NCBI GenBank assembly: GCA_043809425.1
Contig: JAZDDV010000021.1
Coordinates: 1 to 57,391, forward strand
Reading direction: 5' to 3'
Origin: Candidatus Micrarchaeota archaeon
Lineage (GTDB): Archaea; Micrarchaeota; Micrarchaeia; Anstonellales; Bilamarchaeaceae
Length of the DNA: 57,391 bases
Below are positions 43,957 to 52,547 of this stretch, piece by piece (position 1 is the first letter of the stretch; the number at the start of each line of letters is the position of its first letter). The position numbers were made by a program, and so were the translations under genes. The notes beneath the pieces were generated by a model that worked only from the letters and a program-made list of their open reading frames with translations, was not told the DNA's origin and ran no database searches.

Positions 43957-44703
43957 GTGTTAGAGGCACGGAGGGACCGGAAAGGGGTTTACTTCACTGC
44001 CGAAGGCAGCAGTAGAAGGCAGCTTAGCTTTGCCAAGTATAAAGAGATAAAAGGTACAATAAAAAAGCTCGAAGGCATCGTGAAAGAGTACTCGATGGAG
44101 TATTCTGAATCCTTGTCTAGAGCACAAGGCGGAGCTAGAAGAAAAATCTACGAAGAAACGAAGAAGCTCTATGTAGAGGAATGCGAAGCTAAGATCGAAC
44201 CAGTTAAGGATAGTGCAAGCAAACTTAGCGTAGCTCTGATGTGTGCCAACCAAGATCCCGGCAATAGGCCATTTGACTATGCCTTTGGCGAAGCGATGGC
44301 TCTTGCAGAAAAAGGAGACTTTCTTAGTGCCGGGGCACTTCTCAGGGATGTTGGCAGTTTTAAGCCTGCCAACGCGGGGGGGACAGAAAGGTGCGAGAAG
44401 CTTGCTGACCGTTCTATGGGCGAGTTAGTTCAACGTGTGTTTGAGGCGCAGGGCGCAAATGCTGCTGAAGAACTGATTCGTCTGCTGACTTGGAACGGTA
44501 CAGGAATAGAACTCAATCGTTTGCCAGGCGCAGACCGTATCATAAATACGGCCATCGATAGTCTTGAACAAGCGGGTGATCTCCGAAGAGCATTCGAAAT
44601 AGGCGCCTACTGGCAAAGGGACTATCTATTCTACATAGGTTACAGATCTCCTGTAGAGACTGATAGGACCGAATGCTTGTTCGCAGCCTGGAGGGGGCTA
44701 TAA
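43957..44703 (+). CDS. hypothetical protein (248 aa) flanked by the SD/ATG direct repeats
   Basis: The long ORF has only a GTG start, located inside a GAGGTG. The SD-preceded ATG at 43908 is in the +1-shifted frame. No recognisable domain. Confidence 0.45.
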   Translation: MLEARRDRKGVYFTAEGSSRRQLSFAKYKEIKGTIKKLEGIVKEYSMEYSESLSRAQGGARRKIYEETKKLYVEECEAKIEPVKDSASKLSVALMCANQDPGNRPFDYAFGEAMALAEKGDFLSAGALLRDVGSFKPANAGGTERCEKLADRSMGELVQRVFEAQGANAAEELIRLLTWNGTGIELNRLPGADRIINTAIDSLEQAGDLRRAFEIGAYWQRDYLFYIGYRSPVETDRTECLFAAWRGL

Positions 44704-44705
44704 CT

Positions 44706-44724
44706 CTTCTTTTTTCTTTTTTAT
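44706..44724 (+). terminator. oligo-T tract after the 248-aa gene
   Basis: CTTCTTTTTTCTTTTTTAT lies directly after the stop at 44703. Confidence 0.3.
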
Positions 44725-44743
44725 GAGATTGCAATGAAAAACA

Positions 44744-44775
44744 AAAACGAGGTGGAAAAAATGAATAAGATGAAA
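44744..44775 (+). repeat. direct repeat copy B: AAAACGAGGTGGAAAAAATGAATAAGATGAAA
   Basis: See copy A. It lies 853 nt downstream of copy A and immediately upstream of the hisG reading frame. Confidence 0.7.
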
Positions 44776-44878
44776 GGAAGGGGTTTACTTCACCGGCAAA
44801 AAAAGGCCGGATGAAGAGGACAGGAAACAATTCAGGAAATGGTTTGAAAAGTTCGGACCTGCGGTCAAAAAACTTGCA

Positions 44879-45517
44879 GTGCCGAATAAAGGTGAGCTGT
44901 TCGAACCAACCGCAGAACTGTTCCTTGATTTAGGAGTTGATTTGCGAGACTTAAAGGCATCGCGAAAGCTTCGGACAACGGTCAGAAACGTCGATGTATT
45001 TCTCATGAACGTCTTTGACATTCCCATGGCCGTGGCAGACCGCTATGTAGGCGCAGGATTAACCGGCGGAGACGTATTTGCTGAGGAATTGGCAAAACGG
45101 CCCACATTCCCCGCTAGAGATATAATCACACAGAAATACAATTTTGGTGAATGCCGCCTTGTTCTTGCAGCATCTCCTGAAACTGTACCCAGGATAACGC
45201 GGGTTATAGCTCCGAATGGGCGGGCCGAGTGGCGAGCGGATAATCCGCTGCGAATAGCAACGAGGTACCCGAAACTTGCCGAGCTCTACATGAATGCATT
45301 TGATCCAAGTTTTGGCTGGGGAGGAGAAATGCCGCCACTCAGGATCAGTTCACTTAACGGCGCAATTGAAACTGCCGTTGCAATGGGTATGGCAGATGCG
45401 ATAATAGATCTTGTGGCGAGCGGCGAAACTCTGAGGGCAAATGGGCTTGTGGAGGTCTATTCATTCAGCAAATATTCTGCAATGATGCTATGGAAGGGCG
45501 AGTTTCAGGCCAGGTGA
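44879..45517 (+). CDS. hisG: ATP phosphoribosyltransferase, short form (N-terminus unresolved)
   Basis: PNKGELFEPTAELFLDLGVDL... and the overall ~210-aa architecture match short-form HisG. The frame is open upstream to 44774 and already encodes the conserved first strand KKLAVPNKG, but it has no in-frame ATG/GTG/TTG before 44879. Confidence 0.7.
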   Translation: MPNKGELFEPTAELFLDLGVDLRDLKASRKLRTTVRNVDVFLMNVFDIPMAVADRYVGAGLTGGDVFAEELAKRPTFPARDIITQKYNFGECRLVLAASPETVPRITRVIAPNGRAEWRADNPLRIATRYPKLAELYMNAFDPSFGWGGEMPPLRISSLNGAIETAVAMGMADAIIDLVASGETLRANGLVEVYSFSKYSAMMLWKGEFQAR

Positions 45518-45607
45518 ATGCGACTAGCGGGCAGAATGGCCGGGCAGGCTGCGTTGCCTGCGGGTGATGCCCTTTTTATTTTTTCTTTTTCATAAGAAAC
45601 TAGCGAG

Positions 45608-46846
45608 ATGATACTTATGAAGCTTACACCAAAAGGAATGCGGGATTTTCTTCCGGAAGAGGCTGCGGTACGTGAGGAAGTGCGGGATCGCCTGGCAACA
45701 GTTTACAAACGCTACGGATTCCTGCCGATGGAAACGCCTGCGCTGGAATATCTTGAAACTCTGCAGGCAAAAGCAGGCGACGAAATTGACAAGCAGATTT
45801 TCGTGCTTAACGACGAGCGATTAGCGTTGCGCTTTGACATGACTGTGCCTTTGGCGCGCATAGCAGCGTCGTTGGAAGCCCCGCGGCCTTTCAAGCGCTA
45901 TGTAATCGGACCTGTGTGGCGAAAAGAAGAGCCGCAAAAAGGCCGCTTCAGAGAATTCTGGCAGGCTGATGCAGATATCATCGGCTGCCCGGGAATGCGC
46001 GCTGAAGCAGAATTGCTAACTATGGCAAAGGAAATTTGCAGCGATTTCGGATTCAAGAAGCCGAAGATGCTGATTAACAACAGGAAAATACTTGACGGCA
46101 TGGCAAAGCGTATCGGATTCGAAGATAAGAAAAACGAAACTCTGCGGTTGCTGGATAAGATAGACCGGGTGGGCCGCAAGCCAGTGGAAGAGGAACTGAT
46201 CAAGCTTCTTGGCCAGAGAGGCGAGGAACTGCTGGCTATTATTGCAGCTGGAAAAACAAATGATGACAAGCTGGAAGCAATAGAAAAAATATCACCAGAA
46301 GGCGCAACAGAACTACGCGAGCTGCTTGCGCTCTGCGACTTTGAACTACAGATTGACCTTACCATGGTCCGCGGCCTTGGCTACTACACCGGCCCGGTTT
46401 ACGAGGTAAAATTAAGCGATGATATGGGCACCATAATGGCAGGCGGCAGATATGACAACCTGCTTTCAACCTATGGCAGAAGCGATTTCGCAACAGGCAT
46501 TTCAATAGGCATAGAACGGCTTATTACGCTGGCGGCGGAAAAGAAAAAAGAAAAGCCAACAGCCACAACAGACGTATTCATTGCGAATGTAAAAGATGAA
46601 TTCTACGAAGCTGCAACACGGCTTGCCAGTAGTTTAAGAGCTGCGAAAATCCGCTGCGAAACAGACCTGAATAAACGTAATTTACGCAAGCAGCTGGATT
46701 ATGCATCCGTAAGGAAAATCCCATTCGTAATAGTAATCGGCCAGCGGGAAGTGGAAACAGGCCTGTACAAAATAAAGAATATGGAAACAGGCGAGGAAAG
46801 CGAAATGGGCGAAGAGCAGCTGATTGCAGATTTGGGGGAGAAATAA
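45608..46846 (+). CDS. hisS: histidine--tRNA ligase
   Basis: Class II motifs are present: PKGMRDFLP, WRKEEPQKGRFREFWQADADIIG, GGRYDNLL and GISIGIERL. A C-terminal anticodon-binding domain is also present (FVIVIGQREVETG). Confidence 0.9.
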   Translation: MILMKLTPKGMRDFLPEEAAVREEVRDRLATVYKRYGFLPMETPALEYLETLQAKAGDEIDKQIFVLNDERLALRFDMTVPLARIAASLEAPRPFKRYVIGPVWRKEEPQKGRFREFWQADADIIGCPGMRAEAELLTMAKEICSDFGFKKPKMLINNRKILDGMAKRIGFEDKKNETLRLLDKIDRVGRKPVEEELIKLLGQRGEELLAIIAAGKTNDDKLEAIEKISPEGATELRELLALCDFELQIDLTMVRGLGYYTGPVYEVKLSDDMGTIMAGGRYDNLLSTYGRSDFATGISIGIERLITLAAEKKKEKPTATTDVFIANVKDEFYEAATRLASSLRAAKIRCETDLNKRNLRKQLDYASVRKIPFVIVIGQREVETGLYKIKNMETGEESEMGEEQLIADLGEK

Positions 46847-47331
46847 TGCTTAAGGTGCCTGTTGTTTATCTGAAAGACAAGCAGGCGTTTGAGAAGCGGA
46901 CAGGTGCGATGCGGCTATTGGGCAGCGCAGTGGAAGTGGTGAAAAAGCTTGGCAAAAAGCATGAGCTGGTGCACCTGATAGACCTGGAACTGCAAAAAGG
47001 CAGCATGGCGAATTTTGATACTTACGATAAGCTTACTTACTTCACCCACATCCAGGTGGAATGCGAAGATCGGATAGCAGTAGAACGGTTGCTTGCGCTG
47101 AAAGCGCGCGTAGTGGTGCAGCTGCCAAGCAAGCTGCCGCTGGAAAAATACAATAAAAAGCTGCTGGTTGGCATTGCCTCAGGCACCGAAGACGCGTCTG
47201 CAGTTGGCGATGTGCTGCTGGAAAATCCGTCTATTGCAAAAATCGCATTATATGAAAAACAGGGAAAGAGAATAATGCTGCACGAAAAAGAGTGGGATAA
47301 AAAAACAAAAGTATGGGCGCTTATTTTGTGA
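46846..47331 (+). CDS. truncated, degenerate HisA/HisF-like (beta/alpha)-barrel fragment protein (161 aa)
   Basis: MLKVPVVYLKDKQAFEKRTG...AVEVVKKLGKKHELVHLIDLE...HIQVECEDRIAVERLLALKARVVV parallels HisA's MxxPAIDLxxGKxVRLxxG...LHxVDLDGA...xQxGGGIR. The catalytic Asp is replaced (PVVYL) and the GGG phosphate loop is lost (ECEDR). The ATG overlaps the hisS stop. Confidence 0.5.
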   Translation: MLKVPVVYLKDKQAFEKRTGAMRLLGSAVEVVKKLGKKHELVHLIDLELQKGSMANFDTYDKLTYFTHIQVECEDRIAVERLLALKARVVVQLPSKLPLEKYNKKLLVGIASGTEDASAVGDVLLENPSIAKIALYEKQGKRIMLHEKEWDKKTKVWALIL

Positions 47332-48031
47332 GGATAGTGAACCCGCTCTCGTCCATCTTGACCGGATAGGTCCGCATGGAATGATGGACTCCCTTCATCT
47401 TAAGCACTTCCAGCACGCGGACACGCTCGCTTTTCTTGCTGTTGTACTTGAAGCCGATGTTTATCCAGCCGTCTGTGAAGCTTTCGATGCCTGATGCTGT
47501 TGAAGGCAGCGCATCTGCCGTTGAAACTGAAGTGTCTTCGGAGATGATCATCGTTGTCGCGCCCCAGCTGCGCACGTTGTCTATGAATTTCATGAAACCC
47601 TTCTTGCGTTCCTCGTCGTTCTTGAAAAACAAGGCAATAGGCATGATGGAGTCTATTACAACGCGCTTGACATTGAACGTATTGATTATTTCCTTTACCG
47701 CGCCGGACTGCTGCAGGAACTGGTCCACTTCGTAGACTGGATAATCCAGGAACACCAGCTTCTGTTTTTTCTCGATGTCCTCCAGCTGCCAGTTGTAGCC
47801 GCTCATGTTGAACAGCATGGAATCCTTGCTTTCTTCGATGGCAACGTACATGCCTGCTTCGCCGTACTGCTTGGCGCCTTCGTACAGGAACTGCATGCCA
47901 AACGTGCTCTTGCCTGCGCCCGTGGGCCCGCCGATGGTGACCACGCTGCCTTCAAGCAAACCGCCGCCGCTGACTTTGTCCAGGCCTGCTATGCCGCTTT
48001 TGACAAATTTCCTTTCTCGCATAAAAATCAC
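47321..48031 (-). CDS. KaiC/RadA-like RecA-superfamily ATPase
   Basis: 236 aa with Walker A GGPTGAGKST and Walker B VVIDSI. This is the typical single-domain archaeal KaiC-like layout. Confidence 0.8.
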   Translation of the reverse strand: MIFMRERKFVKSGIAGLDKVSGGGLLEGSVVTIGGPTGAGKSTFGMQFLYEGAKQYGEAGMYVAIEESKDSMLFNMSGYNWQLEDIEKKQKLVFLDYPVYEVDQFLQQSGAVKEIINTFNVKRVVIDSIMPIALFFKNDEERKKGFMKFIDNVRSWGATTMIISEDTSVSTADALPSTASGIESFTDGWINIGFKYNSKKSERVRVLEVLKMKGVHHSMRTYPVKMDESGFTILTK

Positions 48032-48534
48032 TCCTTTTTGTCCTTGCGCTCCAGCACCCGCTTACCCAATTCAGCTCTCGCGGAAAGCTGCCTATGGAAA
48101 TTGGCAAGCTCTTCCGGTGTCGCAAGTTTTGTGAGCACCGTTTTCTTGTATTCCGAAGTCGTTGCAGCCAGCTGCCCGAGCAGCTCGTGCGCCGCATGCA
48201 GCGAAAGCTTAATTTCGTCGGGCCGCAGTATCTCTGCGGTAAATGGCGAGTTCGCCAGGCTGATGTTTGCCAGCACCAGGAAATTGCGCGTGAGAATCTT
48301 AACCACGATGGACGAGGAAAAGTTCTTGCCATCTTCTCCGCCAATAGGCTCTTCTATCTCTCCCAGCGCATAGACTACGCCGGGCATTTTGATCAGATGG
48401 CCTATGAAACCAGCGCCCAGATTCTGCACGTCCTCTTTAGTAGCCGCATGAATGTCGAAATAAAGCAGCGCTAACACTCCGCCTTCTTTCACTACCTTGT
48501 CTGTAATCTTTCTTATATCCGGTTTTTGTTCCAT
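48028..48534 (-). CDS. hypothetical protein co-transcribed with KaiC-like ATPase
   Basis: 168-aa ORF with a 4-nt overlap onto the downstream ATPase gene. Confidence 0.5.
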   Translation of the reverse strand: MEQKPDIRKITDKVVKEGGVLALLYFDIHAATKEDVQNLGAGFIGHLIKMPGVVYALGEIEEPIGGEDGKNFSSSIVVKILTRNFLVLANISLANSPFTAEILRPDEIKLSLHAAHELLGQLAATTSEYKKTVLTKLATPEELANFHRQLSARAELGKRVLERKDKKE

Positions 48535-48572
48535 GTTTCTGGTTAGGAAAGGATTGATTTTAAATCCCTTTT

Positions 48573-48971
48573 ATGCAAACGGGCATCATGAACCTTGTTT
48601 TCAATGAAGATTCTCTCAACTGGCTAAGGCAAAAGGGTTTCAGCGACAGCGATATCGAAGACTCGCAGCGCTGCATTTCCATAGCTGCGAAGAGCGCAAA
48701 AAACGGCGAACTGACCTTCCGGCTTCCGGTTGACACCACGCTGAAGGTGGCCGCACTTGCCTACGCAGTGGTTCTGACCATGGATGAGGAAACGATTACC
48801 GGCACTCTGGTCTCCATGTCCGAAGAGGCGCGGGATGCGTTCAACGAGGAAATGGAAATCGGTGAACTGGAGCAGGTTACTGCAAAAATAGGCAAGATAA
48901 AGCTTGGCCGACGGTATTCTGACGCAAGAACGAAAACAAGCATCAAGAAAGACCGGACCAGCTTCGAGTAG
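48573..48971 (+). CDS. hypothetical protein
   Basis: 132-aa ORF with no recognisable domain. Confidence 0.4.
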   Translation: MQTGIMNLVFNEDSLNWLRQKGFSDSDIEDSQRCISIAAKSAKNGELTFRLPVDTTLKVAALAYAVVLTMDEETITGTLVSMSEEARDAFNEEMEIGELEQVTAKIGKIKLGRRYSDARTKTSIKKDRTSFE

Positions 48972-49475
48972 CTACAGCTTAATTTCTAAAAAACTGCCGT
49001 AGTCCAGCAGCACTTTCTTATGGCCAAGCATTTGGCTGAGCAATTTTATCTGCGGCGCATGCGTTACCACGATAATGACTTCTTCTTTTGAGCGTTTTAT
49101 GCTGGCGAGCAGTTTCTTTAACTCGGGCAGCTCGGTGGTTTCAAGCAGCTGCTTCCGCTCGTTTATTTTTGCCAGTCCTAGAGATACGGCGATTATGGCT
49201 GCAGTCTGCTTGGTTCTTGGCACAGGCGAAGTGATGAGCGCAACACGCTTGCCGCGTATCCCTTTTGCTATCTGCCTTGCGGCAGCAATAACCGGTACGT
49301 TTGATTCTGGCAACAGCCTGCCGTTGCTACGATCGTAAGCGCCATGCCTGAAGATAAATAGTTTTTTCTGGATTTTTTTCTGCAGGCCTTCAATTTTGCC
49401 TGCGCGAATGCAGGCTTTTCTTACCATATCTCTGGCTTTAACTCCCGAATTGATTATGTGCGTGCCTGGCATCAT
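48972..49475 (-). CDS. histidine-phosphatase-superfamily protein (SixA-like)
   Basis: LFIFRHGAYD (RHG motif) and VVTHAPQI (second His). Its small size is typical of SixA-type phosphohistidine phosphatases. The start may be the internal ATG at 49427. Confidence 0.55.
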   Translation of the reverse strand: MMPGTHIINSGVKARDMVRKACIRAGKIEGLQKKIQKKLFIFRHGAYDRSNGRLLPESNVPVIAAARQIAKGIRGKRVALITSPVPRTKQTAAIIAVSLGLAKINERKQLLETTELPELKKLLASIKRSKEEVIIVVTHAPQIKLLSQMLGHKKVLLDYGSFLEIKL

Positions 49476-49483
49476 GCAAAAAC

Positions 49484-50026
49484 CTACAGCAGCTCTCCTC
49501 TTGCCTGCTCAATCTGCATTCTTGCCACGTCCTGCTTCCTGCGGAAGTCAGGCAGTACTGAATTGGAAAATCGAATTGGTAACAATGAATCGTAAACCTC
49601 TTCCATGAGAGCAAAATATTTTTCCGCATCTTTCTTTTTGCCTTGCCGCAGACACTCGTACATTTCTCTCTTTAACTCGCCTGTGGCGTCTAGCAAGCCA
49701 TTGAGATAGGAGACTTCACCTACTGGCAATTCGCTATAGCCCAGTATGCGCTTCTTCTCCACTGCCTCCAGCACTATTCTTGCTTCGGCGTATTCCTGCA
49801 GTATGTGATTTATCTGGTTTGGAAATTCAGTGCGGTATTTCTCAAACTTCTTTAGGCCGTCTTCTGCTTCCTGCAGGCTCTTGGCAGCTGCCTTCATGTC
49901 TTTTGCATGAATCGCCTTTATGGCGTTGGAGCAGGCGCGGACAATGGTGCGGTTCTCTGCAGTTATCTTATCCGTAGCCTCTTCTTTCTTCATGAACTTT
50001 TTTTCGATATCAGAAATGTCGATCAT
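49484..50026 (-). CDS. translin-family protein
   Basis: 180 aa and all-helical. YLNGLLDATGELKRE matches the translin signature YL.G..D..GEL.R. An AACATTTAAAAATG box lies 29 nt upstream. Confidence 0.65.
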   Translation of the reverse strand: MIDISDIEKKFMKKEEATDKITAENRTIVRACSNAIKAIHAKDMKAAAKSLQEAEDGLKKFEKYRTEFPNQINHILQEYAEARIVLEAVEKKRILGYSELPVGEVSYLNGLLDATGELKREMYECLRQGKKKDAEKYFALMEEVYDSLLPIRFSNSVLPDFRRKQDVARMQIEQARGELL

Positions 50027-50047
50027 AAGCTGTTTTCCGTTTCCGCA

Positions 50048-50055
50048 TTTTTAAA
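50048..50055 (-). promoter_or_regulatory. TATA box (AACATTTAAAAATG on minus strand) for the translin-like gene
   Basis: It lies 29 nt upstream of the ATG at 50026. Confidence 0.45.
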
Positions 50056-50236
50056 TGTTTCGTTATGTGGTAGAAGGCATATTTTGTGGATATTACACAT
50101 TAAACCGGCTTTTCTGCCAACTTTTTTGTTATTTTAACCCTATAAACTACATTAAAATGTATATTTAATACAGATTTCAACCAATCTTAAAGTAATAAAC
50201 ACAAGATATTTAAATAAGTATGTGTCAATACTAATC

Positions 50237-50524
50237 ATGAAAACCAGCATAGATGCAAGAAAATACAGGTTCATGCTTACCATAGCAAGGCGCGATGGCA
50301 TAGAGGATATCCGCGTTAGAGCTTTAGTCAACAGCGGCAAGCTCATAGAAGTGCGGCTGCCGCCTGGTATAGACGGCTGTGACATGGAGCAGCATATCAA
50401 GAAGGAGCTGCAAAAATCAGGCCTTGCCAAGCCGGCACTACGCTATCTGGGCAGCAAGCTGAAGCAGAATGGCAATGACCTAGTACGCTTCTTTGATTTT
50501 GAATGCAGCTGTAAGGCAAGCTAA
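50237..50524 (+). CDS. hypothetical small protein
   Basis: The ATG at 50237 is about 28 nt downstream of ATATTTAAATAAG. 95 aa, with no domain call. Confidence 0.4.
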   Translation: MKTSIDARKYRFMLTIARRDGIEDIRVRALVNSGKLIEVRLPPGIDGCDMEQHIKKELQKSGLAKPALRYLGSKLKQNGNDLVRFFDFECSCKAS

Positions 50525-51750
50525 TTCTTTCCTGAGCCGGACTTGTAGCCGCGAAGAAATGCATCGTGAAGTCCGTCCGTAAGCTCCCATTCCATGCTTT
50601 CCAGTGATTTTTCCCGCTGCTCTTTTGTAAGCGGCCTTGCCTGTTCTGTGAAAAACACATGCTCAAAGTCAAACAGCACCAGCCGCCTTCCGGTCCAGTT
50701 TACATTCCGCGGTGCCGGATCCATAAGCATTATTCCCTTATCATGGCATTCCCTAACAAGTGCGCCATAGCGCTCGTAAAGTCCCCGGTCAAGCAGATGC
50801 ATAAGCGATTTACCTTCCACCCACTTGAACAGTGCGATCTCAAAATCATCTACGAACATCCGACCAACTGGCTTGGCAACAGGAATGCCGCGGGCAGCCA
50901 TCTCCTTTGCCTTTTCCAGATGGTCTGCCTCCCAGGGAAACATGGCAATCAGGGCCATGCTGCCTTCTCGGATTGTCAATGAACTTTCACGGTACTTCCG
51001 GTCATCATCAAAATCTTTGCCGCTGACAAAGCTGTTCTCAGTCATGGCAGCAATCAACCGCAGCCTGAAATAGGGATACATTATCGGAGATTCAAATGAA
51101 AACATTTCACGCACGTGCTGCTGCAGGTGCAGAACTGCTGCCTCGGAGAAGCCCACATCTGATTGGAAATCAAAGCGCTGGGAAACTTCGCAATATCTAT
51201 TGTACAACTTGGCAAAAAGTTCTCTTGGATTTGAATGGCCAGACAACGCTTCGTGGCAATCTTTTGAGTTATACAGCGCGTTCAGCCAATTGCCACTGGT
51301 AAATGTTCTCTTGCCACGTACCCTTTGAAAAGGAAGGTCGTCGTCTTTTATGAGGCTGCTTACGGTTTCAACTGCCGCATCCAGAACCTTGTTTTCATCA
51401 AGACCACAGTGGCTGAAAACATCGTAGGCGATGAGAAGACTAGCGACAAGAACATTGGCATATGCAGACCTGGCCATAAACTGATGCCTTGAAGCTATGC
51501 TAACCTCTAGAAAAGAATCGTTAATAGAACAGCTTTCAAATGATTTGGCAATGCAGCGGTTGATCTCTGGGATATCAAGTGGATCTCTTGGTTTTGCGGT
51601 TTCCAAGAGCTTTGCAGCGAACTGCCTTAATCTGGCCTTGTCGAACTGGTGCTTATTATCCAGATAGCTGCGTATAAGCGGTTTTTTCTCAGGAACGAAG
51701 ATGCTCGGCCTTTCGGCTCGTGCTTTGTCCCAATAGCGCAATCTCTGCAT
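50521..51750 (-). CDS. atypical protein-kinase-like fold protein (paralog of 25040-26242)
   Basis: CHDKGIMLMDPAPRNVNWTGRRLVLFDFEHVF...LHDAFLRGYKSG shares DPAPRNV, the D[FY]E motif and the C-terminal DAF.xGY with the 400-aa ORF at 25040-26242. Confidence 0.5.
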   Translation of the reverse strand: MQRLRYWDKARAERPSIFVPEKKPLIRSYLDNKHQFDKARLRQFAAKLLETAKPRDPLDIPEINRCIAKSFESCSINDSFLEVSIASRHQFMARSAYANVLVASLLIAYDVFSHCGLDENKVLDAAVETVSSLIKDDDLPFQRVRGKRTFTSGNWLNALYNSKDCHEALSGHSNPRELFAKLYNRYCEVSQRFDFQSDVGFSEAAVLHLQQHVREMFSFESPIMYPYFRLRLIAAMTENSFVSGKDFDDDRKYRESSLTIREGSMALIAMFPWEADHLEKAKEMAARGIPVAKPVGRMFVDDFEIALFKWVEGKSLMHLLDRGLYERYGALVRECHDKGIMLMDPAPRNVNWTGRRLVLFDFEHVFFTEQARPLTKEQREKSLESMEWELTDGLHDAFLRGYKSGSGKN

Positions 51751-51873
51751 GGTTATTTATGTGTAGAGAAAAGTATAAAAATGGATTCGTTGGAACTGCG
51801 GCTTGTGACAGTGTGTGCAACGGCAAAAAGCGTTAAGGAATGTTTTTAAACTATTACCACCTAAAGAGATAAT

Positions 51874-52491
51874 ATGAAACAACTACATTCAACACAGCAC
51901 AAGGAATCGATGAGAATAAGCGTAATGCCAACTGGTTTTAGGAACATGCCTTTTGCCACGCCTAAACCGCTTGGTGAATTGCCGTACTCGGAAGTGAAAA
52001 AGCTGCTTGCTTTTGAAAGCATTGAAGGCGGCGATGCGAAAGAGCGCATAAAGGCGCTTAGATACCTGACGAGGTTCCCTGAACTTCCGGCAGTACGATG
52101 GAATGTCGTCAACTGCATGATGGACTATAAGCCGGAAGTGCGAAATGCAGCAGTGAAAGTCGCAACGGAGATAAAGCTCAACGAAAGCGACATATGCAGA
52201 ATCGAGGCAGTCCTACTCGGCAGAGACACGGCAAAGCAAATTCGGCTTATTGAATGCATGGAGCAGCTGGGAGAACAAAGAGTTGCAGAAGCTCTCGTAG
52301 AACTTACCCGTAACGCAGTGAAGAACAACTACGAACTATTCTACGGACCGCTGGGAAAAGCATTTGAGAAAATAAGGCTCATCCTGGTGAAACCTGAAAC
52401 CATGAGACAGCTCATAGACGCCCATCTGAATGACGACAGGCTGCAGACAGTGGACGGCAAAGCCGCACGAATCATTTTCGGCAGCCATTAA
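51874..52491 (+). CDS. hypothetical protein, possible HEAT-like repeats
   Basis: 205 aa with KPEVRNAAVKVATEI and RVAEALVELT helical-repeat-like segments. A GTTTTTAAACTA box lies about 28 nt upstream. Confidence 0.4.
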   Translation: MKQLHSTQHKESMRISVMPTGFRNMPFATPKPLGELPYSEVKKLLAFESIEGGDAKERIKALRYLTRFPELPAVRWNVVNCMMDYKPEVRNAAVKVATEIKLNESDICRIEAVLLGRDTAKQIRLIECMEQLGEQRVAEALVELTRNAVKNNYELFYGPLGKAFEKIRLILVKPETMRQLIDAHLNDDRLQTVDGKAARIIFGSH

Positions 52492-52547
52492 AACACATAT
52501 TTCCACTAAAAAGCACTATTTAAAAACCCTTTGATGCATATATATTA

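Noticed and set aside
45573-45590. Oligo-T tract between hisG and hisS as a terminator
   Set aside because: It could equally be part of the hisS promoter or spacer. The direction and function are ambiguous, so I did not annotate it.
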